A stretch of 64,000 bases of DNA from an uncultured Gammaproteobacteria bacterium (GCA_964633905.1 CAZWIT010000005.1:26610-90609), one strand, 5' to 3'; counted from the first letter of the stretch, positions 34,607 to 47,705 are shown. Notes: generated from the sequence alone by a model not told the origin. Numbers and translations: made by a program.

Positions 34607-35614
34607 ATGGATGTTTTTTTAGATCAAAATTATCAAGATCAGTTTTTGGCTCAACAAAATATTTCAGGCGCTTTTTTACAAAGTAGGTCCTGGGAAAAAT
34701 TTTTAATTGCCCAAGGAAAAAATACCTGGCGTTTTAGTTTTAAAGAAAAAGATGAATTATTAGGAACTTGTCTTCTGTATGAAAACAAACTCTTACTAGG
34801 CAAGAGCTACTTAATGGCCGCCAAAGGACCAATTTTTTATAAGGAATTAACAGAAGAAAAAAAAATAGAGTTGGTAGAATTATTTTTTTCCAGCATTAGA
34901 GACATAACAATAAAGACAAAAAAATATCAAGAATTATTTTTTCGAATTGAGCCAAAACATTTTTTAAAAATTAAAGAATTACAACGCAGCTTAGACGTGG
35001 ATCCGCGCGAAACATGGTTAAGTGATATTAGTAGGCCATTGCCCGAAGTTTTACAAGATAGTCACCCTAAAACTAGATATAATATCGCCTTGGCACAAAA
35101 AAAGGGGGTAGAAGTAAGTTTTAGTAGCGATAAAAAAGATATTATTGTTTTTTTAGATCTTTTAAACAAAACTGCTCAGCGCCAAAAAATAGGAATTCAT
35201 CCCCAAAAATATTTTGAGCTTTGGGCAGAAACACTTTTTGCTAATAATTTTAGTGAACTTGCTATTGCCAGTATTGCTGGGCAGCCGGTAGCAGCTAATT
35301 TAATGGTGGGTTTTGGTAATATTGTTACTTATGTACACGGTGCTTCTGATTATGCGGCTCGGACCAGTATGGCACCACACTATCTGCATTGGTCTTGCTT
35401 AAAAAGATATCAAGAGCAAGGCTATAAATTTTATGATTGGTGGGGCATTGCTCCGCAAGACGGTAGCAAGCCTTCTTTAGAAGGAGTGAGTAGGTTTAAA
35501 ATGGGTTTTGCGGGCTCAAGACAAATAGCATCTGGTACTTATGATTTTGTGTATGAGGATTCTTGGTACAAGGCTTATCAGGTTTTTCGTAAGTTACGCA
35601 GAAAGTTAAAATAA
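34607..35614 (+). CDS. FemAB-family peptidoglycan aminoacyltransferase (FemX/MurM-like)
   Basis: Size and layout match the FemAB family (two GNAT-like halves). The gene is immediately upstream of a Mur ligase gene. Confidence 0.65.
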   Translation: MDVFLDQNYQDQFLAQQNISGAFLQSRSWEKFLIAQGKNTWRFSFKEKDELLGTCLLYENKLLLGKSYLMAAKGPIFYKELTEEKKIELVELFFSSIRDITIKTKKYQELFFRIEPKHFLKIKELQRSLDVDPRETWLSDISRPLPEVLQDSHPKTRYNIALAQKKGVEVSFSSDKKDIIVFLDLLNKTAQRQKIGIHPQKYFELWAETLFANNFSELAIASIAGQPVAANLMVGFGNIVTYVHGASDYAARTSMAPHYLHWSCLKRYQEQGYKFYDWWGIAPQDGSKPSLEGVSRFKMGFAGSRQIASGTYDFVYEDSWYKAYQVFRKLRRKLK

Positions 35615-35615
35615 T

Positions 35616-36923
35616 ATGATTAAAAAAACTATAAAAAAATTATTACCTAAAAAAATATTATTTTTTTATCACTGGTTTTTAGCACAAAGTGCCAGTTTTT
35701 ATTATGGCATGCCCAGCGAAAAATTAATTGTCATCGGCGTAACTGGTACCAATGGCAAAACCACCACGGTTAATTTTATTGGCCAATATTTAGAAGCCCT
35801 AGGTCAAAAGGTAGGTTTTATTTCAACTGTTAATTTTAAAATAAATGAAAAAGAATGGTTGAATGATAAAAAAATGACAATGCTGGGTCGCTTTGCTACG
35901 CAAAAACTTTTAAAGCAAATGCTAAAAGCTGGCTGTAAATATGTAGTTATTGAAAGCTCTTCTCAGGGCATAGAACAATATCGTCATGTTGGTATAAATT
36001 ATGATGTTTTGGTTTTTACTAATTTGACACCAGAACATATCGAGGCCCATGGTGGTTTTGAAAAATATCGAGCAGCTAAAGAAAAACTATTTTATCATCT
36101 AGGTAGATGTCGCCATAAAAAAATTGCTGGCAAAAAAATTGCCAAAGTAATTATTAGTAATAATGACGATGCGGAGACAGAGCGTTTGCGCAAAGTAAAG
36201 AGTGATAATTTTTTTACTTACGGCATTAAAACAAAGGCAGACTATTTTGCTACTAATATTATTAGTCAAGAAAATAAATTGAGCTTCCAACTCAAGGAAG
36301 TGTTGGTGGAAAATAATTTTTTAGGCGATTTTAATATTTATAATACTTTGGCAAGCATTAGCGCGGTTTCTATTTTAGGTTTTAATTTAAAACAAATTGC
36401 CGAAAAAAAATTAAAAGGAGTTCCTGGTAGACAGGAGTGGATTGAAACAGGCCAAAACTTTTCAATTTTAATTGACTATGCTCCAGAGCCAGAAAGCTTA
36501 AAACAGCTTTATCAATCTTTAAATCATATAATGTACAAACATTTGATTCATGTGATTGGCTCTTGTGGTGGTGGTAGGGATAGGGCTCGTCAGCCAATTT
36601 TAGGTAAAATGGCAGCCCAAAAGGCAGATATTGTAATTGTAACTAATGAAGATCCTTACGATGATGATCCAGAGGCGATTATTGCCAATGTTGCGCAAGG
36701 AGCCCTGGAGAGTGGTAAGATATTAAACGAAAATTTGTTTAAGGTTTCAGAGAGACGAGATGCCATTAAAATGGCTCTTAGATTAGCCAAAAAAGAAGAC
36801 TTGATCTTAATTACAGGTAAGGGCGCAGAACAATTTATTTGTGTTGCTAATGAAGAAAAAATTCCCTGGGACGATAGAGCGGTGGTTAGAGAAGAGCTTC
36901 AAAAAATAAGTCTAGAGGTTTAG
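35616..36923 (+). CDS. murE: Mur ligase family protein (MurE-like UDP-MurNAc-tripeptide synthetase)
   Basis: ATP-binding P-loop VIGVTGTNGKTTT, a central Mur ligase domain, and a C-terminal domain containing DDDP/GKGAE motifs. Confidence 0.7.
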   Translation: MIKKTIKKLLPKKILFFYHWFLAQSASFYYGMPSEKLIVIGVTGTNGKTTTVNFIGQYLEALGQKVGFISTVNFKINEKEWLNDKKMTMLGRFATQKLLKQMLKAGCKYVVIESSSQGIEQYRHVGINYDVLVFTNLTPEHIEAHGGFEKYRAAKEKLFYHLGRCRHKKIAGKKIAKVIISNNDDAETERLRKVKSDNFFTYGIKTKADYFATNIISQENKLSFQLKEVLVENNFLGDFNIYNTLASISAVSILGFNLKQIAEKKLKGVPGRQEWIETGQNFSILIDYAPEPESLKQLYQSLNHIMYKHLIHVIGSCGGGRDRARQPILGKMAAQKADIVIVTNEDPYDDDPEAIIANVAQGALESGKILNENLFKVSERRDAIKMALRLAKKEDLILITGKGAEQFICVANEEKIPWDDRAVVREELQKISLEV

Positions 36924-37342
36924 TTTAGCTAAAAGTCTTATTTTATTGATTATTATTTAGCATTTTGTTTGTATTTGACATGTATTGTGGATAACTTGTA
37001 TATAAAACCTTATTTTTGTGTATAATTTCGCTTAAATAAGGCTAAAAAATATATAATTTGACAAAAATTTATTTTTATATATAGTGATTTTTTGTCTAAT
37101 ATTAGCAATTTAATGCGCCAGAAAAGAGTCAATAAGTCTTTTTGGGCCCTAAGTCCTTGACAAGGAGCCTTTATTTTGGTAGCATTCAGGCATGAATTTT
37201 TCCTGGGCTAAGCTACTTTAGTCTTAATTTAATTAAATAACTGACCCAAATAGTACGGGTGAGTTTATTTTTTTGCGCCATAAAATTTATTAAAATATTA
37301 GCCACCTTTTTGGCTAAATTATAAATATCAACCAATATTTTT

Positions 37343-40300
37343 ATGCCTCAAACCAAACTTGCGACTGCTCGCAAATTTTTTACGCCACAACAAGAAGCTA
37401 TTCCATTACCAGACTTAGTGGAAGTGCAAAAAAAATCATATAATTGGTTTTTTTCAGAAGGCTTAAAAGAATTATTTGAAGAGATATCGCCGATTAGGGA
37501 TTTTATTGGTCGCGATTTAGAACTTTATTTCTTGGATTATTATTTGGACGAACCAAAATTTGACGAGGTTACTGCCAAGTCTAAAAATCTAACCCACGAA
37601 GCTCCTTTGCGTGTTAATATTCGTTTGGTAAACAAACGTACTAATGAGGTTAAAGAACAGGAAATATATTTAGGAGACTTTCCTATTATGACTGAGCGCG
37701 GCACCTTTATTGTTAATGGTGTTGAGCGTGTTGTTGTTTCTCAATTAATCAGAAGCGCTGGTGTGTTCTTTACTTCTGAAGTGCATCGTGGTCGTCGTTA
37801 TTATGGTGCTAAAATTATTCCTAATCGCGGTGCTTGGTTGGAAATTGAAACCGATGCTTCTAATGTTATTTATGTAAAAATTGATCGTAAGCGCAAGGTG
37901 CCAATTACAGCCTTGCTTAGGGCTTTAGGTAAAGGTACTAATGAAGAAATTTCTCAACTCTTTAGCGACGTGGATAATCATCCAGAAGTTAAATTTATAA
38001 AGAGCACCTTAGATAAAGATATTTCTCATAATGAAGCTGAAGGTTTGCGCGAAGTTTATCGCCGTATTCGTCCAGGTGATTTAGCAACCACTGATAATGC
38101 CAGGAGTTTAATTCACTCTATGTTTTTTGATTTTGATCGTTATGATTTTGGTAGAGTTGGTCGTTATAAAATAAATGCTCGTTTCAGCTTAGACCTTCCT
38201 AATAATAAAGAAACCAGAGTGTTGCGAGTTGATGATTTAGTTTTAGTAATCAAGGAAATTATTAGACTTAACCTTACTCAAGAAGAGGCTGATGATATTG
38301 ATCACTTGGGTAATCGTCGTGTTCGAGCTATTGGTGAATTAGTCCAAGGTCGTTTTCGTATCGGCTTGGCTCGTATGGAAAGAATTGTTAAAGACCGCAT
38401 GAGCACTTTGGATATTAATAGTCTTACTCCTAATCAATTAATAAACGCCCGTCCAGTTATTGGTGTAATTAAAGAGTTTTTTATGAGCTCTCAGCTTTCT
38501 CAATTCATGGATCAGGTGAATCCTTTGGCTGAACTAGAACATAAGCGTCGTTTATCAGCCATGGGTCCAGGTGGTTTATCTAGAGAAAGAGCTGGTTTTG
38601 AAGTTAGAGACGTGCACCGCACTCACTATGGTCGTATTTGTCCTATTGCTACTCCCGAGGGTCCAAACATTGGTTTGGTGGGACACCTAGCTTCTTATGC
38701 TCGGGTTAACGATTTTGGTTTTATTGAAACACCATTTTGTCGAGTTTTGCATGATATAGAAAATGATCCCAAGGTTACTGAAAATAAAATTGCTAGAATT
38801 GATATCGTTGATCCAGATAGCAAAAATATTATTGTAAAAGCCGGAGAAAAAATAAGCGCGAGCAAAGCCAAGGAACTGGCTCACTATAAAAATATCAACG
38901 TCGTTCCTATTAAGCCAATAGTAACTAAAGAAATTGTATATTTTGATGCTTTTGAAGAAGAAAAATATAACACAGCCGCGGCCACTACCCCAATTGACGA
39001 AGAGGGATATTTTGTTAATGAGTATGCAGAAATTAGGGTAAAAGGAAATCCAGCCTATGATAAAGTAGAAAAAATTGATTTACTAGATGTTGCCCCTAAT
39101 CAGATTGTTAGTATTGCTACTTCTTTAATTCCATTTTTAGAACATGACGATGCTGTGCGTGCTTTGATGGGAACAAACATGCAGCGCCAAGCAGTTTCTT
39201 TAATTAAACCAGAAGCACCTGTTGTGGGAACTGGTGTGGAAGCAAAAGCTGCCATTGACTCTGGTCAGGTAATTGTAGCTAAAGAAGATGGCGAGGTAAG
39301 TATGGTAGACAGTTGTCATATTGAAGTTACTAATAAAGATGGAGTTGTTACTCAATACAATTTAAATAAATTTGCCCGCTCCAATACTTCTACTAGTATG
39401 AATCAACATCCAATTGTTGATAAGGGTGAAAAGATTAAACGTGGTCAAGCTCTAGCCGATGGTGCTGCTACTGATCACGGTGAGTTAGCACTAGGTCGCA
39501 ATGTTTTGGTTGCTTATATGACTTGGGATGGTGGTAACTACGAAGATGCTATTTTAATTTCGGAAAGAGTTGTTAAAGGTGATTTTTATACATCTATCAG
39601 CATTGAAGATTATTCTATTGATGTTCGCGATACAAAACTTGGACCAGAAGTAATTACGCGCGACATTCCTAATGTTAGTGAAGAAAAATTAAAAGATTTA
39701 GATAGAGAAGGTATAGTTCGTATTGGTGCTAACGTTTCTTCTGGCGATATTTTAGTTGGAAAAATTACACCTAAGGGCGAAACTGAGCTTTCAGCTGAAG
39801 AAAAATTATTACGCGCCATTTTTGGTGAAAAAGCCAAAGATGTCAGGGACACTTCTTTATACTTGAAACACGGTGAACGAGGCAAGATTATTGATGTTAA
39901 AATATTTTCTCGTGACAAGGGTGATAAATTGCCAGCCGGCGTTATAAAAACTATTCAAGTAACTATTGCTCAGCTACGTAAAATTCAAGTAGGTGATAAA
40001 ATGGCTGGTCGTCATGGTAACAAAGGTGTTATTTCTCGCGTTGTGCCTGAGGCTGATATGCCATTTTTAGCTGACGGTACACCAGTTGACGTTATTTTAA
40101 ATCCCTTGGGCGTTATTTCTCGTATGAACTTGGGTCAATTACTCGAAACCCATTTGGGCTTAGCTGCTCGCACCTTGGGAATTAAAGTTGCAAGTCCAGC
40201 CTTAAATGGAGTGCCAGAAGAAATTATTAGAGAGCAATTGAAAAAAGCTGGTTGGCCAGAAGGTGGTAAAATACAATTATATGATGGTCGAACCGGACAA

Positions 40301-40783
40301 CCTTTTGCTAACAAGAGTACGGTCGGCGTTTCTTATATTTTGAAATTAAACCACTTAGTAGAAGATAAAATTCACCAACGTTCTATTGGTCCTTACTCAT
40401 TGGTTACTCAACAACCATTGGGCGGTAAAGCCCAATTTGGCGGACAAAGATTAGGAGAAATGGAAGTTTGGGCACTTGAAGCTTATGGTGCTTCTAATAC
40501 TTTGCAAGAAATGATTACCATTAAATCAGACGATGTACCTGGTCGCTCTAAAGCTTACGAGGCAATTATTAAGGGCGAGCCAATTAGACGCTTGAATATT
40601 CCAGAATCTTTTAATGTCTTGGTAAGAGAATTAAAAGGCCTGGGCTTAGAAGTGGAGTTAATTGGCCAAAGAGAACGCAAGGTAGAAGACGTTGATTCAG
40701 AGACTAGGGAAATATTAGAAGAAGAAGCCCCTATTATTATTGATGCCGTTGCCTCCCCAGAAACAGATGCCGTAGGCGAATAA
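37343..40783 (+). CDS. rpoB: DNA-directed RNA polymerase subunit beta
   Basis: 1146 aa with conserved beta-subunit blocks (the rifampicin-region [21 protein letters not shown], NPLGVxSRMN). Confidence 0.95.
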   Translation: MPQTKLATARKFFTPQQEAIPLPDLVEVQKKSYNWFFSEGLKELFEEISPIRDFIGRDLELYFLDYYLDEPKFDEVTAKSKNLTHEAPLRVNIRLVNKRTNEVKEQEIYLGDFPIMTERGTFIVNGVERVVVSQLIRSAGVFFTSEVHRGRRYYGAKIIPNRGAWLEIETDASNVIYVKIDRKRKVPITALLRALGKGTNEEISQLFSDVDNHPEVKFIKSTLDKDISHNEAEGLREVYRRIRPGDLATTDNARSLIHSMFFDFDRYDFGRVGRYKINARFSLDLPNNKETRVLRVDDLVLVIKEIIRLNLTQEEADDIDHLGNRRVRAIGELVQGRFRIGLARMERIVKDRMSTLDINSLTPNQLINARPVIGVIKEFFMSSQLSQFMDQVNPLAELEHKRRLSAMGPGGLSRERAGFEVRDVHRTHYGRICPIATPEGPNIGLVGHLASYARVNDFGFIETPFCRVLHDIENDPKVTENKIARIDIVDPDSKNIIVKAGEKISASKAKELAHYKNINVVPIKPIVTKEIVYFDAFEEEKYNTAAATTPIDEEGYFVNEYAEIRVKGNPAYDKVEKIDLLDVAPNQIVSIATSLIPFLEHDDAVRALMGTNMQRQAVSLIKPEAPVVGTGVEAKAAIDSGQVIVAKEDGEVSMVDSCHIEVTNKDGVVTQYNLNKFARSNTSTSMNQHPIVDKGEKIKRGQALADGAATDHGELALGRNVLVAYMTWDGGNYEDAILISERVVKGDFYTSISIEDYSIDVRDTKLGPEVITRDIPNVSEEKLKDLDREGIVRIGANVSSGDILVGKITPKGETELSAEEKLLRAIFGEKAKDVRDTSLYLKHGERGKIIDVKIFSRDKGDKLPAGVIKTIQVTIAQLRKIQVGDKMAGRHGNKGVISRVVPEADMPFLADGTPVDVILNPLGVISRMNLGQLLETHLGLAARTLGIKVASPALNGVPEEIIREQLKKAGWPEGGKIQLYDGRTGQPFANKSTVGVSYILKLNHLVEDKIHQRSIGPYSLVTQQPLGGKAQFGGQRLGEMEVWALEAYGASNTLQEMITIKSDDVPGRSKAYEAIIKGEPIRRLNIPESFNVLVRELKGLGLEVELIGQRERKVEDVDSETREILEEEAPIIIDAVASPETDAVGE

Positions 40784-40834
40784 TTTTTATAATTTTATTA
40801 CAAGCTTAAAATAATAAGCTAAGAGCAAAAAAAT

Positions 40835-43800
40835 ATGCCAACACCATCATCAACCAAGACAACTTTTGTGGCTCCAGACAAGAATACTGTTCTAGAGTTT
40901 GATGCGATTAAATTAAGACTCGCTTCCCCTGAAGACATTCACAACTGGTCACACGGCGAAGTTTTGAAGCCAGAAACTATTAATTATCGTACTCAAAAGC
41001 CAGAAAAAGACGGTTTGTTTTGTGAAAAAATATTTGGACCAACCAAAGATTGGGAGTGTTATTGTGGTAAGTATAAAAGAATTCGTTATAAAGGTATTAC
41101 TTGTGATAAGTGCGGTGTCGAAGTGACTAGAGCAGTGGTAAGGCGTGAGCGCATGGGTCACATTGACTTGGCAGCTCCAGTATCGCACATTTGGTTTTTG
41201 CGAGGTATACCATCTAAGATTGGTTTGGTTTTAGATCTCAGCATTCAATCTCTAGAAAAGGTAATTTACTTTGCTTCTTTTATTATTAATTATGTTGATG
41301 AAGCTGCTAGACAAGAAACAATCGAGCAGATTAAAAATGAATTAAAGAATAAGCGTAAACAAATTGATAACGAATTTAATCAACGTCAACAAGAAATTAA
41401 TCGCCGCAAAGTTAAACTTTTAGCAGAAGGTGATCACAAAGATAAGATTGAAAAAAGTATTGAGCAAGAATTAGTTGCTTTAAATGTTGCCAAGATTGAT
41501 AAAATTAAAACTTTAGAAGAAGCGGCTGAAATAGCTTTGCGCGAGCTAAAAGATTTGAAAGAATTGCAAATTATTTCTGAAAATAAATATCAAGAACTTT
41601 CTTTGCGCTATGGTCATGTTTTTGAAGCCGGTATTGGCGCTGAAGCTGTTAAAGAATTATTAAAGAAGATAGACTTAAAAAAACTTTACGACGACTTAGA
41701 AAAAGAAATTATTACTGCCATTCCTTCTAAGACTAAAAAATTAATTAGACGTTCTCGTTTAGTTAAAAGTTTGTTAATCAATCATATTAGGCCAGAGTGG
41801 ATGATTATGGATGCGGTACCAGTTATTCCTCCGGACTTGCGTCCCATGGTTCAGCTTGACGGCGGTCGTTTTGCTTCCTCTGATTTAAATGATTTATATC
41901 GTCGGGTAATCAATCGCAATAATCGTTTAAAGAGATTAAAGGAATTAAATGCTCCTGAAGTTATTCAACGCAACGAAAAGCGTATGTTGCAAGAAGCGGT
42001 TGATGCTTTGATTGATAATAATGCTCGTCATGGTAAAACCGTAACTGCTTCCACTGGTCAACGTAGAATGTTGAAGAGTATTGCCGACATGTTAAAAGGT
42101 AAACAGGGTCGTTTCCGCCAAAATTTATTAGGTAAACGTGTTGACTATTCTGGCCGTTCTGTAATTGTTATTGGTCCTCATTTAAAGTTGTATCAATGTG
42201 GTCTGCCAAAAACAATGGCCTTGGAGCTTTTTAGACCATTTGTTATTTCTAAATTAATTAAAGCTGAGTTGGTTCATAATGTTCGTTCAGCTAATCGTTA
42301 TATTGAGTCTGGTCAACCAGAAGTTTGGGCTATTTTAGAAGACATTATCAGAGGAGCTCATGTCATGTTAAACCGCGCTCCTACTTTGCATCGTCTAGGG
42401 ATTCAAGCCTTTCAGCCAGTTTTAATTGAAGGTAAGGCTATTCAATTACATCCTTTGGTTTGTGCGGCTTTTAATGCTGACTTTGATGGTGACCAAATGG
42501 CCGTGCATGTTCCTTTGACTGAGGAGTCAAAACAAGAGGCAGCCGAAATAATGTTGTCATCTAAGAACTTATTAAAACCAGCCACTGGTGAACCAGTGAC
42601 TATTCCTAACCAAGACATTGTTTGGGGTGGTTATTATTTAACTTATGTTAAAGCTGGCGCCAAAGTAGTAAAAGCTTTTAGCGATGAAGATGAGGCTGAA
42701 AAAGCATTTGCCCTAGGTATTGTAAATATTCAAGATTTGATAAAGGTAAGAATTGCTAAACTTAATAATCAAATCGTGGAAACTTCAGTAGGCAGAATTT
42801 TATTTAATAAAATTTTACCAACCGAAATAGCTTATATTAATGAAACTTTGGACAAAAAAGGTTTGAAAAATATTATTGCTGAATCTTTCCGTCGCTTGCC
42901 ACATGACACTACTGTTAAACTGTTGGACGATATTAAAGACTTGGCTTTTAAATATATTACTACTTCTGGACTTTCTTGGGGTATGGAGGATATTCCAAAA
43001 TTATCCGCTAAACCATCTTTAATTAAAGAGGGGGAAAAGAAAGTAGAAGAAATAAAAGAGCAATATCAAAACGGTTTGCTTACTAATCGGGAAAGGTATA
43101 TTAAAGTTATTGAAGTTTGGAATGATATCAAAAATCGTATTAGCGAACAATGCAAGCCATTACTTGATCCACAAAATTCTATTGCAGGTATTATTAATTC
43201 TGGCGCCAGAGGTTCATGGGCACAGATGATTCAGATCATGGGTATTAAAGGTATGGTGGTAAACCCAGCCGGTGATGTTATGGAATTGCCAGTCAAAGCT
43301 TCTTTTCAAGAAGGCCTGGACGTTTTGGAATATTTTATTTCTACTCACGGAACTAGAAAAGGTTTGTCAGACACTGCTTTGCGTACAGCTTCGGCTGGCT
43401 ATTTGACCAGAAGAATGGTTGACGTTTCTCAAGATGTGGTCATTTTGGAAGACGACTGTCATGATAAAGAAGGTTTGGTCATTACTCGCGAAGAAAGCAA
43501 GCTTTTAAATGAGCCGCTGCACGAAAGAATAATTGGTCGATTTTTAATAGATGATATTAAAGATGCTGACGGCAAGGTTTTAATCAAAAAGAATGTCTTG
43601 GTCACCAAAGAAATGGCCGAACATATTATTAAAGCCAATCCAGAAAAAGTTAAGGCTAGATCAGTTTTGACTTGTAAGGCAGTGCGCGGTATTTGTAAGC
43701 ATTGTTATGGTTATGATTTGGGCTATAATAAATTAGTAGAAGCAGGAACGGCTGTTGGTATTGTGGCTGCTCAAAGTATTGGTGAGCCTGGTACTCAGCT

Positions 43801-44716
43801 TACCATGCGTACCTTCCACACTGGCGGTGTTGCTGAAGGTGATATTACCCAGGGTTTACCAAGGGTAGAAGAACTATTTGAAGCTCGTCCACCTAAAAAA
43901 TCAGCCATTCTAGCCCCAGTTACAGGTATCGTTAGTATTGAAGACAACAATAGACTGGTTAGTAAAGATAATCGTTTAGTTAAAATTCAACCTCAGGGCT
44001 CAAGAATTGCTAAATATGAATTAGAAAAAGGCTTAGAACTCAAGGTAAAAGATGGTGACGAAGTGATAAAAGACCAACTCTTATTTGTTAATGAGGACGA
44101 AGAAGTTAGAGCTGGCTTTAAGGGCGTAGTAAAATTGACCAGTGACCAACTTCAAGTTATGACTAATAAGGATGAGGTGCAGGAAGTTATTATTCCAGCT
44201 GGTTACAGCTTGTGGGTGAGAGATAAAGATCTAGTAACAGAAGGTCAGCAATTGACTGAGGGTAGTATTGATTTACACGAGCTTTATAGCTTGCAAGGCA
44301 AATTGGCAGTTCAGAAATATATTATCAAAGAAATTAAACATATTTATTCTTCCCAAGGTCAAAATCTAAATGATAAACACGTAGAGTTAATTGTTAGACA
44401 GATGTTTTCTCGTATTTTAATCAAAGATGTGGGTGAGACCGAATTGTTGCCAGGCGAAGTAATTACCAATACTCAATTTATGGAAGCAAATATTAAATCC
44501 AGTGGCCAATCAGCTAGAGGCGAAATATTATTGTTAGGCATTACTAAAGCAGCCCTGACATCAGACTCTTTCTTGTCAGCTGCTTCTTTCCAGGAAACAG
44601 CTCGCGTCTTAATCGATGCTGCTATTACTGGTAAGATAGATCATCTAAAAGGCTTAAAAGAAAATGTAATTATTGGCCGTAAAATACCAGCTGGTACCGG
44701 CTTTCAAAACAGATAA
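40835..44716 (+). CDS. rpoC: DNA-directed RNA polymerase subunit beta'
   Basis: Zn-finger C..C..C..C near the N-terminus, the catalytic NADFDGD motif, and trigger-loop and bridge-helix blocks; 1293 aa. Confidence 0.95.
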   Translation: MPTPSSTKTTFVAPDKNTVLEFDAIKLRLASPEDIHNWSHGEVLKPETINYRTQKPEKDGLFCEKIFGPTKDWECYCGKYKRIRYKGITCDKCGVEVTRAVVRRERMGHIDLAAPVSHIWFLRGIPSKIGLVLDLSIQSLEKVIYFASFIINYVDEAARQETIEQIKNELKNKRKQIDNEFNQRQQEINRRKVKLLAEGDHKDKIEKSIEQELVALNVAKIDKIKTLEEAAEIALRELKDLKELQIISENKYQELSLRYGHVFEAGIGAEAVKELLKKIDLKKLYDDLEKEIITAIPSKTKKLIRRSRLVKSLLINHIRPEWMIMDAVPVIPPDLRPMVQLDGGRFASSDLNDLYRRVINRNNRLKRLKELNAPEVIQRNEKRMLQEAVDALIDNNARHGKTVTASTGQRRMLKSIADMLKGKQGRFRQNLLGKRVDYSGRSVIVIGPHLKLYQCGLPKTMALELFRPFVISKLIKAELVHNVRSANRYIESGQPEVWAILEDIIRGAHVMLNRAPTLHRLGIQAFQPVLIEGKAIQLHPLVCAAFNADFDGDQMAVHVPLTEESKQEAAEIMLSSKNLLKPATGEPVTIPNQDIVWGGYYLTYVKAGAKVVKAFSDEDEAEKAFALGIVNIQDLIKVRIAKLNNQIVETSVGRILFNKILPTEIAYINETLDKKGLKNIIAESFRRLPHDTTVKLLDDIKDLAFKYITTSGLSWGMEDIPKLSAKPSLIKEGEKKVEEIKEQYQNGLLTNRERYIKVIEVWNDIKNRISEQCKPLLDPQNSIAGIINSGARGSWAQMIQIMGIKGMVVNPAGDVMELPVKASFQEGLDVLEYFISTHGTRKGLSDTALRTASAGYLTRRMVDVSQDVVILEDDCHDKEGLVITREESKLLNEPLHERIIGRFLIDDIKDADGKVLIKKNVLVTKEMAEHIIKANPEKVKARSVLTCKAVRGICKHCYGYDLGYNKLVEAGTAVGIVAAQSIGEPGTQLTMRTFHTGGVAEGDITQGLPRVEELFEARPPKKSAILAPVTGIVSIEDNNRLVSKDNRLVKIQPQGSRIAKYELEKGLELKVKDGDEVIKDQLLFVNEDEEVRAGFKGVVKLTSDQLQVMTNKDEVQEVIIPAGYSLWVRDKDLVTEGQQLTEGSIDLHELYSLQGKLAVQKYIIKEIKHIYSSQGQNLNDKHVELIVRQMFSRILIKDVGETELLPGEVITNTQFMEANIKSSGQSARGEILLLGITKAALTSDSFLSAASFQETARVLIDAAITGKIDHLKGLKENVIIGRKIPAGTGFQNR

Positions 44717-44722
44717 ATAATA

Positions 44723-44760
44723 AGAAAACCCTTTGTTTTTAAACAAGGGGTTTTTTGTTT
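44723..44760 (+). terminator. Intrinsic terminator after rpoC
   Basis: AAACCCTTTGTTT-loop-AAACAAGGGGTTT hairpin followed by TTTTGTTTATTTTTTTT. Confidence 0.55.
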
Positions 44761-44818
44761 ATTTTTTTTCTAAAACGTGATAAAATAGAGACGATTTAAC
44801 GATTTTTATTAGTCATTT

Positions 44819-47020
44819 ATGGCAAAAAATAACAAAAAAAATCAGCCCCTAGACTTAGTAAAAGCTGAAAAATTTAACATGAACCCCAACACTAAGGGGG
44901 CAATTTTTACTATCATTGTTTTCTTAATCGCCTTTTTATCGGTTTTATCCTTATTTAATTTAGCTGGTCCTTTTGGTCAAGCTTTAAGTTATGGCTTGGG
45001 TTTTTTGTTTGGTTGGTCAGATTGGTTATTTATTCTTTTATTATTATTAGTTGGTTATTGGTTACTTAAAAGCCCTGACCATAAGATAAAAATTATAACC
45101 TATATTGGTTTATTTATTTTAATTTTTTCAGTTACTGGTTTACTTAATTTTTTTGTGTCAGATTTTACTTTTAAAGAGATTGTCAGTGCTGGTGATGGCG
45201 GTGGTGCTTGTGGTTGGGCTATGGGCTGGTTGCTTACTAAGTTTTTAGGGTTTTGGGGTAGTTTATTGGTATTTTTAGGATTATTTTTGGTAGGATTATT
45301 TTTGGCATTTAATACTTCGTTTAAAGATTTACACGAAAAAACAAAGTCTTTAGGCCTATTAAAGGAAAAGGTAATGCCAGTAATTGATGAAAATAGTGAA
45401 GAAGAAGATGAAGAAGAGTTTGAGAGTGTAGAGCCAGAAGACAATGCAGACAAATATTCAGAAGATATAAAAGAAGAGGCAGTTGAAGAAAGTGATGACG
45501 ATGAAGATGAGAGTGTAGCGACTAACAGTAGAAAAACTAATTCAAAAAAAATTGTAGTACCAATTGATCTACTTAAAGGCTCAACTAGCAAGCCAGACTC
45601 TGGTGATATTGATGCTAATATGCAGAAGATCAAAAAGACTTTTGAAAATTTTGGTATTTCAGTAGAAATGGGAGAGGTGAATGTTGGTCCAACTGTAACT
45701 CAATATACTTTGCGTCCAGCCGAAGGCGTGCGTTTGGCTCAGGTTTTGACCTTGCAAAATGATTTAGCCTTAGCTTTGGCTGCTCACCCAATTCGTATGG
45801 AAGCGCCGATTCCAGGTAAATCTTTGGTGGGTATTGAGGTGCCAAATCAAAGTGTGGCCACAGTAAAATTAAGAGACATATTAGAAAGTCAGGCTTATTC
45901 CAAGCGTAAGGGCAATTTATACATAGTTTTAGGTAAAGATGTGTCTGGTGCTCCGATCATGGCTAACCTAGCTAGTATGCCACATTTATTAATTGCTGGC
46001 TCTACTGGCTCTGGTAAATCAGTTTGTGTAAATAATATTATTTTAAGTTTAATTTACGAAAACTCGCCAGCAGACTTACAATTTATTTTAATAGATCCTA
46101 AGAGAGTAGAGCTTTCGGCTTATAAAGACATTCCTTATTTATTAGCCCCAGTATTAAATGATACTGATAAAATTATTAATTCTTTGCGTTGGGTAGTAAA
46201 AGAAATGCAAGAACGTTATAAGTTGTTGCAAGCTGCTAATAAAAGAAATTTAGATGCCTATAACAAGGCAGTAATTGTTAATCGTTTGCCTTACTTGGTG
46301 GTTATTATTGATGAGTTTGCCGCCTTGATGTCACTAGCTTCTAAAGAAGTAGAAGCGGCGGTAGTAAGTCTTGCGCAACTTGGTAGAGCAGCTGGCATTC
46401 ATTTGATTTTAGCTACCCAAAGACCATCAGTCGATGTTATTACTGGCTTGATCAAAGCTAATATTGGGTCACGTATTGCTTTTGCCGTTGCTTCAGCAAT
46501 GGACTCTCGTACTATTATTGATTCATCGGGAGCAGAAAAACTTTTAGGCAAAGGCGATATGTTGTTTATGACTACCGAATCTTCCAAAGTTAAACGTATT
46601 CAAGGTGCTTATGTTACTGACGAAGAAATAAATGATATTACTGAATTTTTAAGACAACAAGGAGAACCAAGTTACAATAATGATGTTACCGAGAAAATGG
46701 CTGGTAGTAGTGTTATGGGAGTGGGTCGTGAAAATAGAGCAGATGAATTATTAGAAGAAGCAAAAGAAATTGTAGTAAGGAGCGGTAAGGCATCAGCTAC
46801 CCTATTACAAAGACGTTTACGTATAGGTTATGCTCGAGCGGCTGGTTTACTTGATTCATTAGAGCAGCAGGGAGTAGTTGGTCAAGCGCAAGGTGCTAAG
46901 GCTAGGGAAGTTTTAATTTCCCAAGATGATTTAGAAAATAATTTTAGCTCATCTCTAGATGAAACAGAAGAAGATGATCTTGATGATAATGAAGAAAAGG
47001 TTTTAGCAGATAGCGATTAA
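44819..47020 (+). CDS. ftsK: DNA translocase FtsK/SpoIIIE
   Basis: N-terminal 4-TM domain, an acidic linker, a motor domain with Walker A GSTGSGKS and Walker B VVIIDEFA, and a C-terminal gamma winged-helix domain. Confidence 0.9.
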   Translation: MAKNNKKNQPLDLVKAEKFNMNPNTKGAIFTIIVFLIAFLSVLSLFNLAGPFGQALSYGLGFLFGWSDWLFILLLLLVGYWLLKSPDHKIKIITYIGLFILIFSVTGLLNFFVSDFTFKEIVSAGDGGGACGWAMGWLLTKFLGFWGSLLVFLGLFLVGLFLAFNTSFKDLHEKTKSLGLLKEKVMPVIDENSEEEDEEEFESVEPEDNADKYSEDIKEEAVEESDDDEDESVATNSRKTNSKKIVVPIDLLKGSTSKPDSGDIDANMQKIKKTFENFGISVEMGEVNVGPTVTQYTLRPAEGVRLAQVLTLQNDLALALAAHPIRMEAPIPGKSLVGIEVPNQSVATVKLRDILESQAYSKRKGNLYIVLGKDVSGAPIMANLASMPHLLIAGSTGSGKSVCVNNIILSLIYENSPADLQFILIDPKRVELSAYKDIPYLLAPVLNDTDKIINSLRWVVKEMQERYKLLQAANKRNLDAYNKAVIVNRLPYLVVIIDEFAALMSLASKEVEAAVVSLAQLGRAAGIHLILATQRPSVDVITGLIKANIGSRIAFAVASAMDSRTIIDSSGAEKLLGKGDMLFMTTESSKVKRIQGAYVTDEEINDITEFLRQQGEPSYNNDVTEKMAGSSVMGVGRENRADELLEEAKEIVVRSGKASATLLQRRLRIGYARAAGLLDSLEQQGVVGQAQGAKAREVLISQDDLENNFSSSLDETEEDDLDDNEEKVLADSD

Positions 47021-47027
47021 AATTAAT

Positions 47028-47705
47028 TTGAATATGGCTAGTTGGCAACAAAAAAATATTAATCGCTCGCAAACCTTGGCAGAAAAAATCAAACAGACGC
47101 GTTTGGATATGGGTTTAGAATTGGCTAATATTAGCAAAAAAATAAACATACCCCTTAAATATCTAGAATTACTGGAAGCTGGAGAATATCAGTCTTTGCC
47201 AGGGGATATTTATGCTCGGGCTTGGTTAAAAAAATATGCTAAAGTTCTAGCTCTTGATACAGATGACTTGTTGGTAGATTTTCAAATTGAAAAAAATATT
47301 AATAAAAAAATAGAAGCTATTGGTCAGGACAAGAAAAAACGTTTAAATTGGACATGGCTAAGACCGTATTTATTACGTTGGTTAATGATTGTGATTGTTG
47401 CAGGCGCTCTGCTTAGTTATTTGGTGTGGGAAATATTTAATATTGTTCAGGCTCCAAAATTAGTATTATTAGAACCAAATAATAATCATAAGACCATAGA
47501 GGCTAGCATTGATATTAGTGGTCAAACCGAGCCAGAAGTGCAATTGAATATTAATGGTGAGCAGGTTCTTTTAGATAATCAAGGATATTTTAAAAAAAAT
47601 ATTAATTTAGCGCTTGGCTTGAATAATTTAGAAATAAGTGCTAAAAAGAAACATAGTCGAACCCGTTATTTACAGGTAGTAATTTTGCGGGAAAATTTAG
47701 ATTAA
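47028..47705 (+). CDS. rodZ: RodZ-like HTH (XRE-type) membrane protein
   Basis: The N-terminal HTH (LAEKIKQTRLDMGLELANISKKINIPLKYLELLEAGEYQSLPGDIYARAWLKKYAKVL) matches the RodZ N-terminus pattern. A single TM segment follows, then a C-terminal extracytoplasmic domain. Confidence 0.6.
   Translation: MNMASWQQKNINRSQTLAEKIKQTRLDMGLELANISKKINIPLKYLELLEAGEYQSLPGDIYARAWLKKYAKVLALDTDDLLVDFQIEKNINKKIEAIGQDKKKRLNWTWLRPYLLRWLMIVIVAGALLSYLVWEIFNIVQAPKLVLLEPNNNHKTIEASIDISGQTEPEVQLNINGEQVLLDNQGYFKKNINLALGLNNLEISAKKKHSRTRYLQVVILRENLD

Noticed and set aside
45100-45633. 177-aa minus-strand ORF rich in Ser and Leu inside ftsK
   Set aside because: It is a low-complexity translation antisense to the acidic linker of FtsK, so it is a shadow ORF.
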